Shown here: in pieces, positions 43,080 through 54,500 of the stretch | How the letters are laid out: every line of letters begins with the position of its first letter | Numbering within the stretch: the stretch's first letter is position 1 | Assembly (NCBI GenBank): GCA_951406725.2 | Contig: OX597820.1 | Location: 111,104,001 to 111,168,000 of the forward strand | DNA: 64,000 nucleotides | DNA from: Octopus vulgaris | Taxonomy: Eukaryota | Direction of reading: 5' to 3' | The notes under the pieces: generated by a model | What the model was told of the DNA's origin: nothing | The model's input: only the letters and a program-made list of their open reading frames with translations | The model's database searches: none | Made by a program: the position numbers and the translations under genes

Positions 43080-43629
43080 CATCGTCGTCCTCGTCGTTGT
43101 CCTTGTCGTCCACGTCATCGTCATCGTTGTCGTCGTTGTCGTCGTCCTCGCCCTCCTCGTTCTCGTCGTCGTCGTCCTCGTCGTCCTCGTCCACGTCGTC
43201 GTCGTCGTTCTCGTCGTCCTCGTCCTCGTCGTCCTCGTCGTCCTCGTCGTCCTCGTCGTCCTCGTCCCCGTCGTCCTCGTCCACGTCCTCGTCGTCGTCC
43301 TCGTCCACGTCCTCGTCGTCGTCGTCCTCGTCGTCCTCGTCGTCCTCGTCGTCCTCGTCCCCGTCGTCCTCGACCTCGTCGTCGTCGTCGTTCTCGTCGT
43401 CCTCGTCGTCGTCGTCCTCGTCGTCCTCGTCCTCGTCGTCGTCGTCCTCGTCGTCCTCGTCCTCGTCGTCGTCGTCGTCGTCCTCGTCATCATCGTCATC
43501 GTCATCGTCGTCGTCGTCGTCGTCGTCCTCGTCGTCCTCGTCGTCGTCCTCGTCGTCCTCGTCGTCGTCGTCCTCGTCGTCGTCGTCGTCGTCGTCCTCG
43601 TCCTCGTCGTCGTCGTCGTCGTCGTCGTC

Positions 43630-43662
<33 letters not shown>

Positions 43663-43714
43663 CTCGTCGTCGTCGTCGTCCTCGTCGTCGTCGTCCTCGT
43701 CGTCATCGTCGTCG

Positions 43715-43753
<39 letters not shown>

Positions 43754-43848
43754 TCGTCGTCCTCATCGTCGTCGTCATCGTCGTCATCGTCGTCGTCGTC
43801 GTCCACGTCGTCGTCCACGTCGTCGTCGTCGTCCTCGTCCTCGTCATC
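43080..43848. repeat. About 770-bp imperfect (TCG/TCC)n trinucleotide array
   Basis: Directly visible; 3-nt phase is kept throughout. Confidence 0.95.
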
Positions 43849-43849
43849 A

Positions 43850-44100
43850 GGTTTGACTCAGGTTCGGTCTTATTCCTGGTAGGATTTATGTGGCTAGTGG
43901 ATTACTATCTGTAGCCTTAGGTATCCACGAGATTTCACTTGCCCTTCAAGTGCCTAGAACCCTCCTGATAATCCTTGTTCTACAAGGCATTCTATTCCAA
44001 TCTCTTTCAGTCATTTGCTTACCGTTCCCAACGCTCCATTTATAGTTCTCATACTCCAAACTCTTCTCATTTCAAATTTCAAGGGATTGTATTTTTTTTA
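43850..44100 (-). mobile_element. 3' remnant of an R4/Dong-like LINE
   Basis: Minus-strand translation KKYNPLKFEMRRVWSMR..GALGTVSK resembles the endonuclease tail of the element at 15060-16380. Confidence 0.55.
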
Positions 44101-44104
44101 AATA

Positions 44105-44310
44105 ATAATCCTTTCTTCTGAAAGCACAAGGCTAGAAATTTGGGGGAGGGGCTGGTCAATTACATCGACCCCAATGTTTCACTGGTACTTAAAGAATGAA
44201 AAGCAAAGTCGACCTTGTTGGAATTCGAACTCAGAACGTAACGACGGGCGAAGTACCGCTCTGCATTTCGTCCAGCGTACTAAATGATTCTGCCATCTCA
44301 CCGCCTTAAT
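44105..44310 (-). mobile_element. SINE family B copy
   Basis: Reverse complement of the family B head and body. Confidence 0.75.
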
Positions 44311-44364
44311 AATACGTGTGTGTACCTTTTTATAATTCAACTTACCATGAAGATGTTGAGGACT

Positions 44365-44447
<83 letters not shown>

Positions 44448-44600
44448 TAATTTAAATAATTTGGGAAAACGAATTTCCAAATCAATAAGGTACAAGACTT
44501 TAGCATTACATGCATTTACATGTTGTACAGTGAAGTCTTACTTATCATATATTTGTATATCTATCTAGAAATATACAAAATAAATAATAGAAATCAAAAA

Positions 44601-44689
44601 TAATTCAGTTTTGGGGATTAATAGATATGCGGGTATTCTTTATTATCTTAAACAGAATATCCGCATATCTATTAATCCCAAAACTGAAT

Positions 44690-44691
<2 letters not shown>
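44601..44691. repeat. Snap-back hairpin (~38-bp arms) abutting (TA)n
   Basis: TAATTCAGTTTTGGGGATTAATAGATATGCGGGTATTCT / AGAATATCCGCATATCTATTAATCCCAAAACTGAATTA; GATATGCGGGTATTCT also occurs at about 39245. Confidence 0.85.
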
Positions 44692-44752
<61 letters not shown>

Positions 44753-44923
44753 TATACATACATACATACATACATATATATATATGTAATATAATATAAT
44801 AATAAGAGTAAATAATTTCTATAATGGTTTTTAAAAAACACCACAATTATTTACTGGTAGAATTCGGTATGTAAATATAGCCGATTAACGGTAGGAACTT
44901 CTGTAAAGTTCAGTATATATATT

Positions 44924-44995
44924 TTGTATATAAGAAAAAGGGACAGGCAACAGGTTGCGGCCAAGCAACCTGTTGCCTGTCCCTTTTTCTTATAT

Positions 44996-44999
<4 letters not shown>
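44924..44999. repeat. Perfect 35-bp hairpin with 6-nt loop abutting (TA)n
   Basis: TTGTATATAAGAAAAAGGGACAGGCAACAGGTTGC-ggccaa-GCAACCTGTTGCCTGTCCCTTTTTCTTATATACAA. Confidence 0.9.
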
Positions 45000-45052
<53 letters not shown>

Positions 45053-47310
45053 CATACATACATACATACATACATACATACATACATACATACATTATAA
45101 TGTGCATATATGAAGGAAAGAGAGAGAATGTGTGTGTGTGTGTGTGTGTGTGTTAAAGAGAGAGATGGTGCAGCGTGCTTGTATGTATTTATACATTCTT
45201 TTTCTGTTTTATTCTTTTCATTTCACCGTTAACTAAGGATTCTGTCACCAATTAAGCAACATGTGTATATACGTAACAAGGTCTATTGTTAGAATAGTAA
45301 ACTATATTCTTCATAGAAAAGAAAAGAAAGATAAAACGACACAAAAAAAAATGCTGACGATTACATTCTCTTCTTCAACGAAACTCTTTTCTTCCATTGC
45401 AAAGTTAAAATTTGGAAAACATTCAAAATATCTCTTGACAAGCTGAGAATAACGTTAGAAACTCAAACAAATAGATACTGAAAACATGATGAAGAAATGT
45501 ATGAAGGAACTTGACGACGTAGAATTGTGCCAATATAAAATAGCAAAATGGTTGAAACGAGAGAAGTTGCGAAATCTAAATGAAATATCACTGTTTTCAG
45601 ACACGTTCCACTTTGTTCAGTGTGAAATGTTTATCGGGATTTCATAAAAAAAAATATATCAGTTTCTTCAATTTACATATGTGAGTGAGTTGGGTGTGTG
45701 TTTATGTATGTATGTATATATGTGGGTGTATACATGCATACATGTATATGCGTGTATACACACACACACAGAGTCGTCAGTACTTTTTAGTATTTTTTAA
45801 AGTCTCTCACTTTCTCTTCTGCATCCTTTCATATTCTCCCTCTTTGTGTCTCCCTGTCTTTCCTTCCACTCTCTTTGTGTCTCTCTCACTCATTCTCTCT
45901 TTTCCCCTCTTTCGCTTCTTTCATCATTTTTTCCCTCCTCCTCTTCCTACATTATCATTTTTTCTCCCACTCATTCTTTTCCTTCCTAATCACTCTGCCA
46001 CTCTCCTTTTTTCCTTTTAATTATACCATTGTTCCCACCCAGGGGTTGATGGTACAAACTATAAAGTATAGGACAACACGGTTAACTGTAATCAGTTACG
46101 TCCCTTTACGATCCAAGTTTCAATTCCGACGTGCTCTATTTTAACTTTCATTATTTCGGGTCGACAAAATCAAATACTGGAGTCGATATTATTGATTCTT
46201 CTCTCCCACAAGATTGTGTTCTTGTGCCAAAATCTGAAATCAATATCTTTGTTCTCTTTCACTCAATCTTATATTTATATATTTCGTTTCTCTGCTTCAC
46301 TTCTTTCCTGTTATATCTTTTCTCTCTCACTTATTCTCAATTTACTCCAACTCTCTCTCTCACTCTGTTTATCTTCTTTCTCTCATTCACTCTCTATTTA
46401 GTTTCTCCTCTCTCTCTCTCCTTTTTACCTTTTTTCTCTATCTCAGTTTCATATATTTATTCTCTTTATGCGCCATCATTAATTTATTTCATTTTAATTA
46501 TCTCTCTCTATCTGCTCTTTTTCTCTATCTGCTCTTTTTCTCTCCCTTCTCTTTCTCCCCCTCTCTCTCTTTCTTTCACTGTTACTTCTATCTCTCTTAT
46601 TGTCTTTCATTAAATCAACCCTGCCTTTTTATTGTCATCGCTGGTCAAGACTTTCCCATTATCTTTCACCAGTTTGAGTTGTTCCACCTCTAACTTCATA
46701 AATAGCGTCCGTTCTTCTTGAATACTTGACTACATGATACATATAATTGACTGGGGTGACCAGTAGCTTTTGTCACATAGTTCCCTGATGCTGGTGAGTG
46801 TTGTTGTGTCTGGTTTAGTTGCTCTGAACCAACAAGTATGATCTGGAAAGTTTTATTGTATTCAAAAGTAATTGGAGAAGTTTTGACCCCAGTACTTGAC
46901 TATTATATATTTCACTGATTCCAGAATAATGAAAAACAAGTTTGATCTCAGGTGAATTTGATTTTACTGACAATAACAGTACCCCTCAGGTATTATATAG
47001 TTCTCATTTAAAGTTGTTTTTTTTCTTTAAACAATATTTTCTTACATTTTAGAAGCCTGATATAAAATTTGTCGGATGTCATGCCAAAAGATTTGATATT
47101 TTAAAGAAATATAATCTAGAGAGTTTCACATCTACTATTTGATCCACGCCAAAGTTACCGCATCAATATATATATATAATCTTTTCTACTCTAGGCACGA
47201 AATTTTGGGGGTCGGGACCAGTCAATTATAGCAACTCCAGTCCAATTATAGCAACTAATCGACTGGTCCCCTCCCCAAAAATTTCGGGCCTTGTGCCTAG
47301 AGTAGAAAAG

Positions 47311-47361
<51 letters not shown>

Positions 47362-47367
<6 letters not shown>

Positions 47368-48659
47368 AAAATAAGCAACAAGAATGAATCCGGTAATTTA
47401 GTACAATTGTTTCATACTACAAATAATATAGAATACAACCTAAAATGGGATATAGTTAGGAGGGCAAAACCTTATAGAAATTATAGAGTAGGCTGCCAAC
47501 TCAGTTCTATGGAAACCAATGAAATTTTAAAGTATCGAAGTAATAAAAAAAATCTACTAAATAATCGTCTAGAGTTAGGATGGTCTTGCATTCATTCAAC
47601 AATTAGAACTTTTAAATATTTTAAATAGAAATTTAAGGTTTTCCTACTTTTTCTAACTGTAACTTTTTAATATAATAATATGAGATATACTATACCAACC
47701 TCTAATTTACTTTTATAGTCAACTAAATTAACCTCACTTTAATCATGAAATTACATCTTTTCCCAAATCTATTCTAATTTTAACATTTAATACAATTCCC
47801 CCAGTTATAAAAAACGATACCTACTATAAATTAGATGAGGTTTTGTTCCCCTACCCTTTGTAAAAGAATTTAATTGACCTCTGGACATTGACCTAGATTT
47901 TTTCTCACCACATAAAAATAAATAGCTTTCTGTTCTAGTGATAACCTTGAATTCCCTTCATGTATTTTTTCTGCAACTAACTTAAACCCCTTTTACAGCT
48001 TTCTTTCGCATCCCCTTACCTAACTTCCTACAAAAAATTCTGATGGCTTTCAGTTGAAAGTAAGGTTTCGTCAGTTTAGTAGCTGACCTCCTATCTCATA
48101 GTTTCCTAAGAATTTAGTGATTCTTCTACACTGACCTAAATTTTTTGCCACCACATAAATAGATTGACCCTTTGTTCTAGTGACAATCTGTTCTTTTACA
48201 TCTCCTGAATTTTTCCCCTTCTTTTGTTCAACTAACTTGATTTCTTGACCTGCCCTTACCCCCATTCTTATAACTAAGGAAATTTTCTTACGACAATCAG
48301 TTGTGAGCAAAGTTTTGGTCAGGTTGGCATCCTAACTACACTACCTCATGTTCCTGAGATTCATATCTACATCTTTATCTGTATATTTACCTTCCCTAAG
48401 ATGTTATTAATTGATCTGAGAACTTTATATTATTGGAAAACCTATATAAAATTAGCTGAAGATTACTCGGCATATTAAATCTGCTGTAATATTTACAGCT
48501 TTTAATAAAATGTTGTAGTATGAAACAATTGTACTAAATTACCGGATTCATTCTTGTTGCTTATTTTTTATTATAATCACCCCGCATATTTTTATGGGTA
48601 ACACCATAAAAAAATTCTGGTGCATCTAAATTAAGTGCCATATTCATTTGAATCTAAAT

Positions 48660-48662
<3 letters not shown>
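47362..48662 (+). mobile_element. 5'-truncated Naiad-like PLE: inverted terminal fragment, endonuclease C-terminus, 3' UTR, hammerhead
   Basis: 47362-47422 is the reverse complement of about 48513-48570; LKWDIVRRAKPY..CQL..E..LLNNRLEL..CIH matches the GIY-YIG C-terminus of this PLE group; (TA)n on both sides. Confidence 0.75.
48452..48537 (+). ncRNA. Type I hammerhead ribozyme motif
   Basis: ttag-CTGAAGA-tTACT...AGTAt-GAAA-CAATTG-TA-ctaa; palindromic stem III ACAATTGT; predicted cleavage after GUA at 48533. Confidence 0.75.
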
Positions 48663-48698
<36 letters not shown>

Positions 48699-49182
48699 GC
48701 TACGTGTCTTTTGTGTGTGCGCGTGCGTGTAAACTTTTTGTAACACTTTAGCGTTTCAAGCTGTTGAATTTGTTCTAGTTTATAATATACTTTCTAAATC
48801 GTTCGACATGAGGCGGAGTTGTTCGGTTTATTTTTTGTATTTGTTTCATAATGCTTAATGAAATAGTTTTCTCAATTATTCAACAGTGTTTATACTCACT
48901 TTCTATAACAGCATCTCTACTCAGTGGTTCAAATTGTCTTTTCTGTTTGAAAGTTCATTCACCTTTCTTATCTTACATATAACAAAATGCAATGAATCGG
49001 TCTCTTTGGCTGATACAAAACAACAAACTGTGTGTGAGTGAGCAGAAAAAGGAGGGAGAGAGAAAAGGAGAGAATATAAATTTTTATCATTGATTATATT
49101 TATTTTATCATTATCACACACACACACACACATATAACAGGCTCCTTTCCCTTTCCGTATATATATTTATATATATATATCA

Positions 49183-49255
<73 letters not shown>

Positions 49256-49257
49256 AA

Positions 49258-49460
49258 ATAGTTAATCCAAACATGAACAAAGAGAAAACACAACAACGCG
49301 AGGACGTGGAACAAGTATAGTGTTATTGGACGCTCAGGAAAGGAAAGAAAGAAGGAGGATTTAATGTTTCGAGTGGAGCTCTTCGTCAGAAACATATCAA
49401 AAGGAAAGATCAAAGGAAGGGAAGACGGAGAAAGAAAATCGCCAACGATACATACGCGAC
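49258..49460 (-). mobile_element. Pseudo-LTR family P2 with hammerhead (49359-49393)
   Basis: Minus: gttt-CTGACGAA-GAGC-TCC-ACTC-GAAAC-ATT-aaat; aligns with 24022-24245. Confidence 0.8.
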
Positions 49461-49764
49461 ATACATATATATGCATGTATGTATATCTATGTGTGTGTGT
49501 GTGCGTGTGTGTGTGTATGTATGTATGTATGCATGTATGTATGCATGTATGTATGTGTGTGTATATGTATGAATGTATGTGTGTATTTGTGTGTATGTAT
49601 GTATGCATGTATGTATGCATGTATGTATGCCTGTATGTATGTATGTGTGTGTATGTATGTATGCATGCATGTATGTATGTATGTATGTATGTATGTATAC
49701 GTAAATTACCTGGACGATATTTTTAACCAAGACATTACAACTGTATTTTTGCAAATGCTTCAAT

Positions 49765-49950
49765 ACTTATTTCTTTACTACCCAAAGGGGATAAGCACAG
49801 AGAGGACAAACAAGGACAGACAAACGGATTAAGTCGATTACATCGACCCCAGGGCGTAACTGATTCTTAACTTATCGACCCCGAAAGGATGAAAGGCAAA
49901 GTCGACCTCGGCGGAATTTGAACTCAGAACGTAACGGCAGACGATATACC
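49765..49950 (-). mobile_element. SINE family B copy
   Basis: Reverse complement of about 14060-14250. Confidence 0.85.
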
Positions 49951-50356
49951 ACATATATTTACTCGATTGCTCACATTGATCAATAATTTTTCACATTGTT
50001 TTGATGCACCATTTTTTATCATTTATAGAACTGTCGGCATTTTTGATGACACGGATATACTAGTATATACAGAGTTTGATGCTGCAAGCTCTGTTTAAAC
50101 TAAAAAAATTTGATGTTAATTGAAGATGACAAGTTCTTCTGGCATGTTTCAAAAGTGTTACTTTGCAATTTATGTGCCACAAAAAGGTTGAGTGAAGCAG
50201 CAAAATTCATGAAAGAAAAACTGGAGTAGCAGGGCATCTTTTGCTTTTCTTTTTCTTTGTCTTCACACATTTGAGACATTTGAACGTTACGATTAATTCT
50301 CTTTACACTGTTATTTTTAACACACTCGTAAATATCAACTCAACTATAATAAGCTA

Positions 50357-50402
<46 letters not shown>

Positions 50403-50412
50403 ATATACATAC

Positions 50413-50454
<42 letters not shown>

Positions 50455-50462
<8 letters not shown>

Positions 50463-50839
50463 ACAAAAGTGAAGTTGTGTGTCTGTCTCCTACGATTTAG
50501 ATTCCTAACTACTCCCACATTTTGCGTTGCAGTTTAACCAAAACCGGGTATCTTATACTCGTGATTCATATCGAGCCCTTCTGGGTATTAGCGCGCGTCT
50601 ACGATGAGTCTACGATTTTAAAAAAAAATTTACCATCATTTTTTCCATTTTAATGCATTTTTTCGCTATTATATAAGGGAAGTAACTCTCTAAAAATGTC
50701 GACGATGAGTCAACGATTTTTAAGAAAATTTACCATAATATTTTTTCCATTTTTAATGCATTTTTTGGCTATAACTCTCTAAAAATGCTTTATAGTTATT
50801 TCCCTTACAAACCCGAGCAACGCCGGGCGATACTGCTAG
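50455..50839 (+). mobile_element. Non-autonomous Helitron-like element
   Basis: 3' hairpin CCCGAGCAACGCCGGG then CTAG (50836-50839) followed by T; 5' GTGTCTGTCT tract; internal ~100-bp tandem; in (TA)n. Confidence 0.75.
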
Positions 50840-50861
50840 TATATATATATATATATATATA

Positions 50862-51384
50862 TAATTGAGTAGTTGAATGAATTATCTTATTATGGATAAT
50901 TCGGTTAACCGATACCTGGGTAGCAAATTCACGTCAGAAAGCACAGTTGAAGCTACATGCCTAGGGCAGAGATCACGTGCTATCGTGTGGAAATTTTTGT
51001 GTTTTTTTAAATACAAATAAATGAAAGAATGGAGTTGAACGACGAAATTGGCGGGGTTCCTCTATTTTATTTTCGACATATGTTTCGAAGGCTGCATATT
51101 CCTGGTTTCGAGGGAGTGGGGGGTGCATTGTGCCACCTTCTCATCATTTTTGATGTCACTGCTTATAACAGCTATGGGCTCCGTGTGAGCAGTCATCTAA
51201 AAGTTTTTTTTGTGCATCTTGATGCTGACATAAGTTCCTTACTTTTCCTGATGAGAAGGCGGCATAGTGCACCCCTTGTTCCTTCGAAGTTGGGAGTGTG
51301 CAGCCTTCGAAGCATGTGTCGGGGGTGAAATGGAGGAATTTTGTTAGTTTCGTCGTTCAGCTCCATTCTTTCATTTATTTGTAT
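50862..51384 (+). mobile_element. Hammerhead-bearing fold-back insert with a 136-bp G.U-rich hairpin
   Basis: Arms 51011-51146 and 51249-51384 pair without gaps. Combined hammerhead consensus ttttc-CTGATGA-GAAGGC..GCCTTC-GAAA-CATATG-TC-gaaaa. (TA)n on both sides. Confidence 0.85.
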
Positions 51385-51394
51385 ATATATATAT

Positions 51395-51513
51395 AGGCGC
51401 AGGAGTAGCTTGTTTACCAACCACATGGTTCCGGGTTCAGTCCCACTGCGTGGCACCTTGGGCAAGTGTCTTCTACTATAGCCTCAGGCCGACCAAAGCC
51501 TTGCGAGTGGATT

Positions 51514-51544
<31 letters not shown>

Positions 51545-51770
51545 ATGTGTTTGTGTGTCTGTGTTTGTCCCCCTAGCATTGCTTGACAACCGATGCTGGT
51601 GTGTTTATGTCCCCGTTACTTAGCGGTTCGGCAAAAGAGACCGATAGAGTAAGTACTGGGCTTACAAAACAATAAGTCCCGGGGTCGAGTTGCTCTATTA
51701 AAGGCGGTGCTCCAGCATGGCCGCAGTCAAATGACTGAAACAAGTAAAAGAGTAAAAGAGAGTAAGAGTA
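51395..51770 (+). mobile_element. SINE family C copy
   Basis: GGCACCTTGGGCAAGTGTCTT core and full tail. Confidence 0.85.
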
Positions 51771-52009
51771 TGTAATTATGTTCTTACGTCTATTACAATT
51801 TGTGTAATTTGTTTTTATTTGTACGATTATTATTTATTCTCCATTACACGTGTTTCATTTCCTAATAGGAGTTACAAATTAGTACATATGGTAGAAAACA
51901 TACAAGATATCTGCCAGTGGAAATTCTTCAAACAGACAATAGCATAATTCTATTATTTAATTTTTTATCTGATAAATTTTTAATAGATGTCTTCTACTAC
52001 ATTTTAAAT

Positions 52010-52220
52010 TTTTTATTGTATTACTTGTTTCAGTCACTTGACTGCAGCCATGCTGGAGTACCGCTTTTTAGTCGAACATATCTATCCCGGGACTTTTTTT
52101 AAAAGCCTAGTACTTATTCTGTCAGTCTCTTTTATCGAACTGCTAGTATACATGAACGTAAGCACGCCAACACAGCTTGTCAAGCGGTGATGGGGGAACA
52201 AACACAGACACAAAGACGCA
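52010..52220 (-). mobile_element. SINE family C, 3' half
   Basis: Reverse complement of the family C tail. Confidence 0.75.
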
Positions 52221-52222
52221 CT

Positions 52223-52253
<31 letters not shown>

Positions 52254-52500
52254 ACACACATATATATATATATATATAGAATCTGAGGGGTTTAGTTCCC
52301 TGATAATCTGAACTAATAGGTACGCTGCGTAAGTGCTATAATTGGTCAACCGTTAGGTTTCAAGTTCACAGCTGAGGCTGGAACTAGGGATCCGTAGTAG
52401 GCTTCCGAGTCAGCATGTATATATTAAAGGATAATGGACAACAAAACCAAGGTAGAACGAGTATCTCAGGCCATTTAGAATATATATATATATATATATA

Positions 52501-53670
52501 TATATCAAATGTGAGGATAAAATTCTTTTCGAAAAAAAAATATTTTCTCGAAAAAAATTTTATCAATGGCCAACATATTAAAAAATACCTTTAACGGTTA
52601 AATTTATAAACAATTCATAAATGAGGGCAAAGGAAAAAAATTCTAATGCCAAATATGCCGAAAAATTGGACATATTGTCCATTAACCATATAATTTTTTC
52701 ACAATACGCACGCTACTCGAAAAAAGGTCGACAGAAATTCCTAAAAAATTCCATTATTACCATATCGGACCGATTTCAGAGTTAGCTACTAAGAGCCCTC
52801 TCTTCGTCAGTGATACATGTGGCAAAATAGATAAATGAGATACTTACTCATACCCATGGAAGAAGCAAATACTTCATGGGGTACTTAGTTGTGCCCATGA
52901 CTTACTATTTGCTTCTTCCATGGGTATGAGTAAGTATCTCATTTATTTCTTTTGCCACATGTATCACTGACGAAGAGAGGGCTCTTAGTCGCTAACTCTG
53001 AAAATTGGTCCGATATGGTAATAATGGAATTTTTTAGAAATTTCTGTCGACCTTTTTTCGAGTAGCGTGCGTATTGTGAAAAAATTATATGGTTAATGGA
53101 CAATATGTCCAATTTTTCGGCATATTTGGCATTAGAATTTTTTCCTTTGCCCTCATTTATGAATTGTTTATAAATTTAACCGTTAAAGGTATTTTTTAAT
53201 ATGCTGGCCATTGATAAAAATTTTTTCGAGAAAATATATATTTTTCGAAAAGAATTTTATCCTCACATTTGATATAAATTTAAGCGTTCACTTCCGAACT
53301 AACTAACTCACTCTGTGAGAGCCTCAGTTCAAATCGCACGTGCCTCGAATGGGCTGGAGTATTTCTATTTTGGATGTATTTGGGGTACTTAGTTGTGCCC
53401 ATGACTTAGTATTTGCTTCTTCCATGGGTATGAGTAAGTATCTCATTTATTTCTTTTGCCACATGTATCACTGACGAAGAGAGGGCTCTTAGTAGCTAAC
53501 TCTGAAATCGGTCCGATATGGTAATAATGGAATTTTTTAGAAATTTCTGTCGACCTTTTTTCGAGTAGCGTGCGTATTGTGAAAAAATTATATGGTTAAT
53601 GGACAATATGTCCAATTTTTCGGCATATTTGGCATTAGAATTTTTTTCCTTTGCCCTCATTTATGAATTG

Positions 53671-53672
<2 letters not shown>
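52501..53672 (+). mobile_element. ORF-less hammerhead element: ~775-bp palindrome plus 504-bp tandem (retrozyme-like)
   Basis: 52501-52871 is the reverse complement of 52906-53276; unit repeats from 52877 to 53381; hammerheads at 52758-52815 (-), 52962-53020 (+), 53466-53523 (+); (TA)n on both sides. Confidence 0.88.
53466..53523 (+). ncRNA. Type I hammerhead ribozyme motif
   Basis: tatca-CTGACGA-AGAG...CTCT-GAA-ATCGG-T-CCGAT-A-tggta; stems I, II and III all pair; predicted cleavage after AUA at 53518. Confidence 0.8.
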
Positions 53673-53700
<28 letters not shown>

Positions 53701-53705
<5 letters not shown>

Positions 53706-54246
53706 ATGGATATAATAAACAAACGTCTTAGTAGGTCGAACTACTTTATAAAACTCACACATTATCACATTTTTGAACATAAAAACATATTTAAAACAGA
53801 CAACCAGAATGTGAAACGTCCTTGTGGATAAATTTTCCTGATAAAAGGTTCATTGCTTGTTTGTTTCCTCAGTGCTTTGAATGCATTATTGAAATTTGGC
53901 GATGTCTTTTGAAACAGTCGTAGAAATGGCCTCCGAACAACGTTTTCTGGTTTTGTTTTATATTTTGATATTATTAAATTTTTATTCTTTTCAACCTTTT
54001 GGTTACCGTTTATATGCATTGATTTATTCCATGTTTTTTGCATCACACGGTTCTATCCGTACTGTTCTTGCAAGTTCTATCACCTTTTGTATGTGTCTAT
54101 ATATATGTATTCTTTAAGCTTTGGGGTTTTGTTGCTGAATGCCTAGACGTTTTAAATATGTATTTATGTTCAATAGTGTGATAATATGGGATTTTTTTAA
54201 AGTTCATTGACCAACTGAGACGCTTGTTTATTATATCCTTTTGAAT
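53701..54246 (+). mobile_element. Old fold-back insert with decayed hammerhead (53834-53926)
   Basis: 53701-53797 is inverted at about 54149-54246; tttc-CTGATAA-AAGG...CTTTT-GAAAC-AGTC-GTA-gaaa (G8 mutated). Confidence 0.6.
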
Positions 54247-54349
54247 TTGTTTTCTTTGTCTCGGTTTTATCTGAGCAGTTCTCCTTGCAGCCCTATATTC
54301 ATTTATTCGTTTTCTCTTGAATAAAAAAATTATAAAAGTTATATATATA

Positions 54350-54500
54350 TACGACGGGCTTCTTTCAGTTTCTGTCTACTAAATCTACTTACAAAGCCTT
54401 GGTCGGCTACAATAGAAGACACTTGCTCAAGGTGTCGCGCAGTGGGACTGAATCCAAAGCTGGAAAGCAAGATTCTTACCACACAGCCACGCCTCCGCCT
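54350..54500 (-). mobile_element. SINE family C, 5' half
   Basis: Reverse complement of head and core. Confidence 0.75.

Noticed and set aside
42760-43080. Probable interspersed repeat
   Set aside because: Single copy in this window with no diagnostic motif; cannot be supported without a search.
43042-43818. 258-aa Asp/Glu-rich ORF as an acidic (biomineral-type) protein
   Set aside because: Entirely a trinucleotide array, open in several frames, with no signal peptide or unique domain.
52501-53276. Editing-type skew in the other fold-backs (also 9291, 53701, 58397, 5652/7630)
   Set aside because: Mismatches are few or of mixed type with indels; only 51011-51384 shows the G.U skew.
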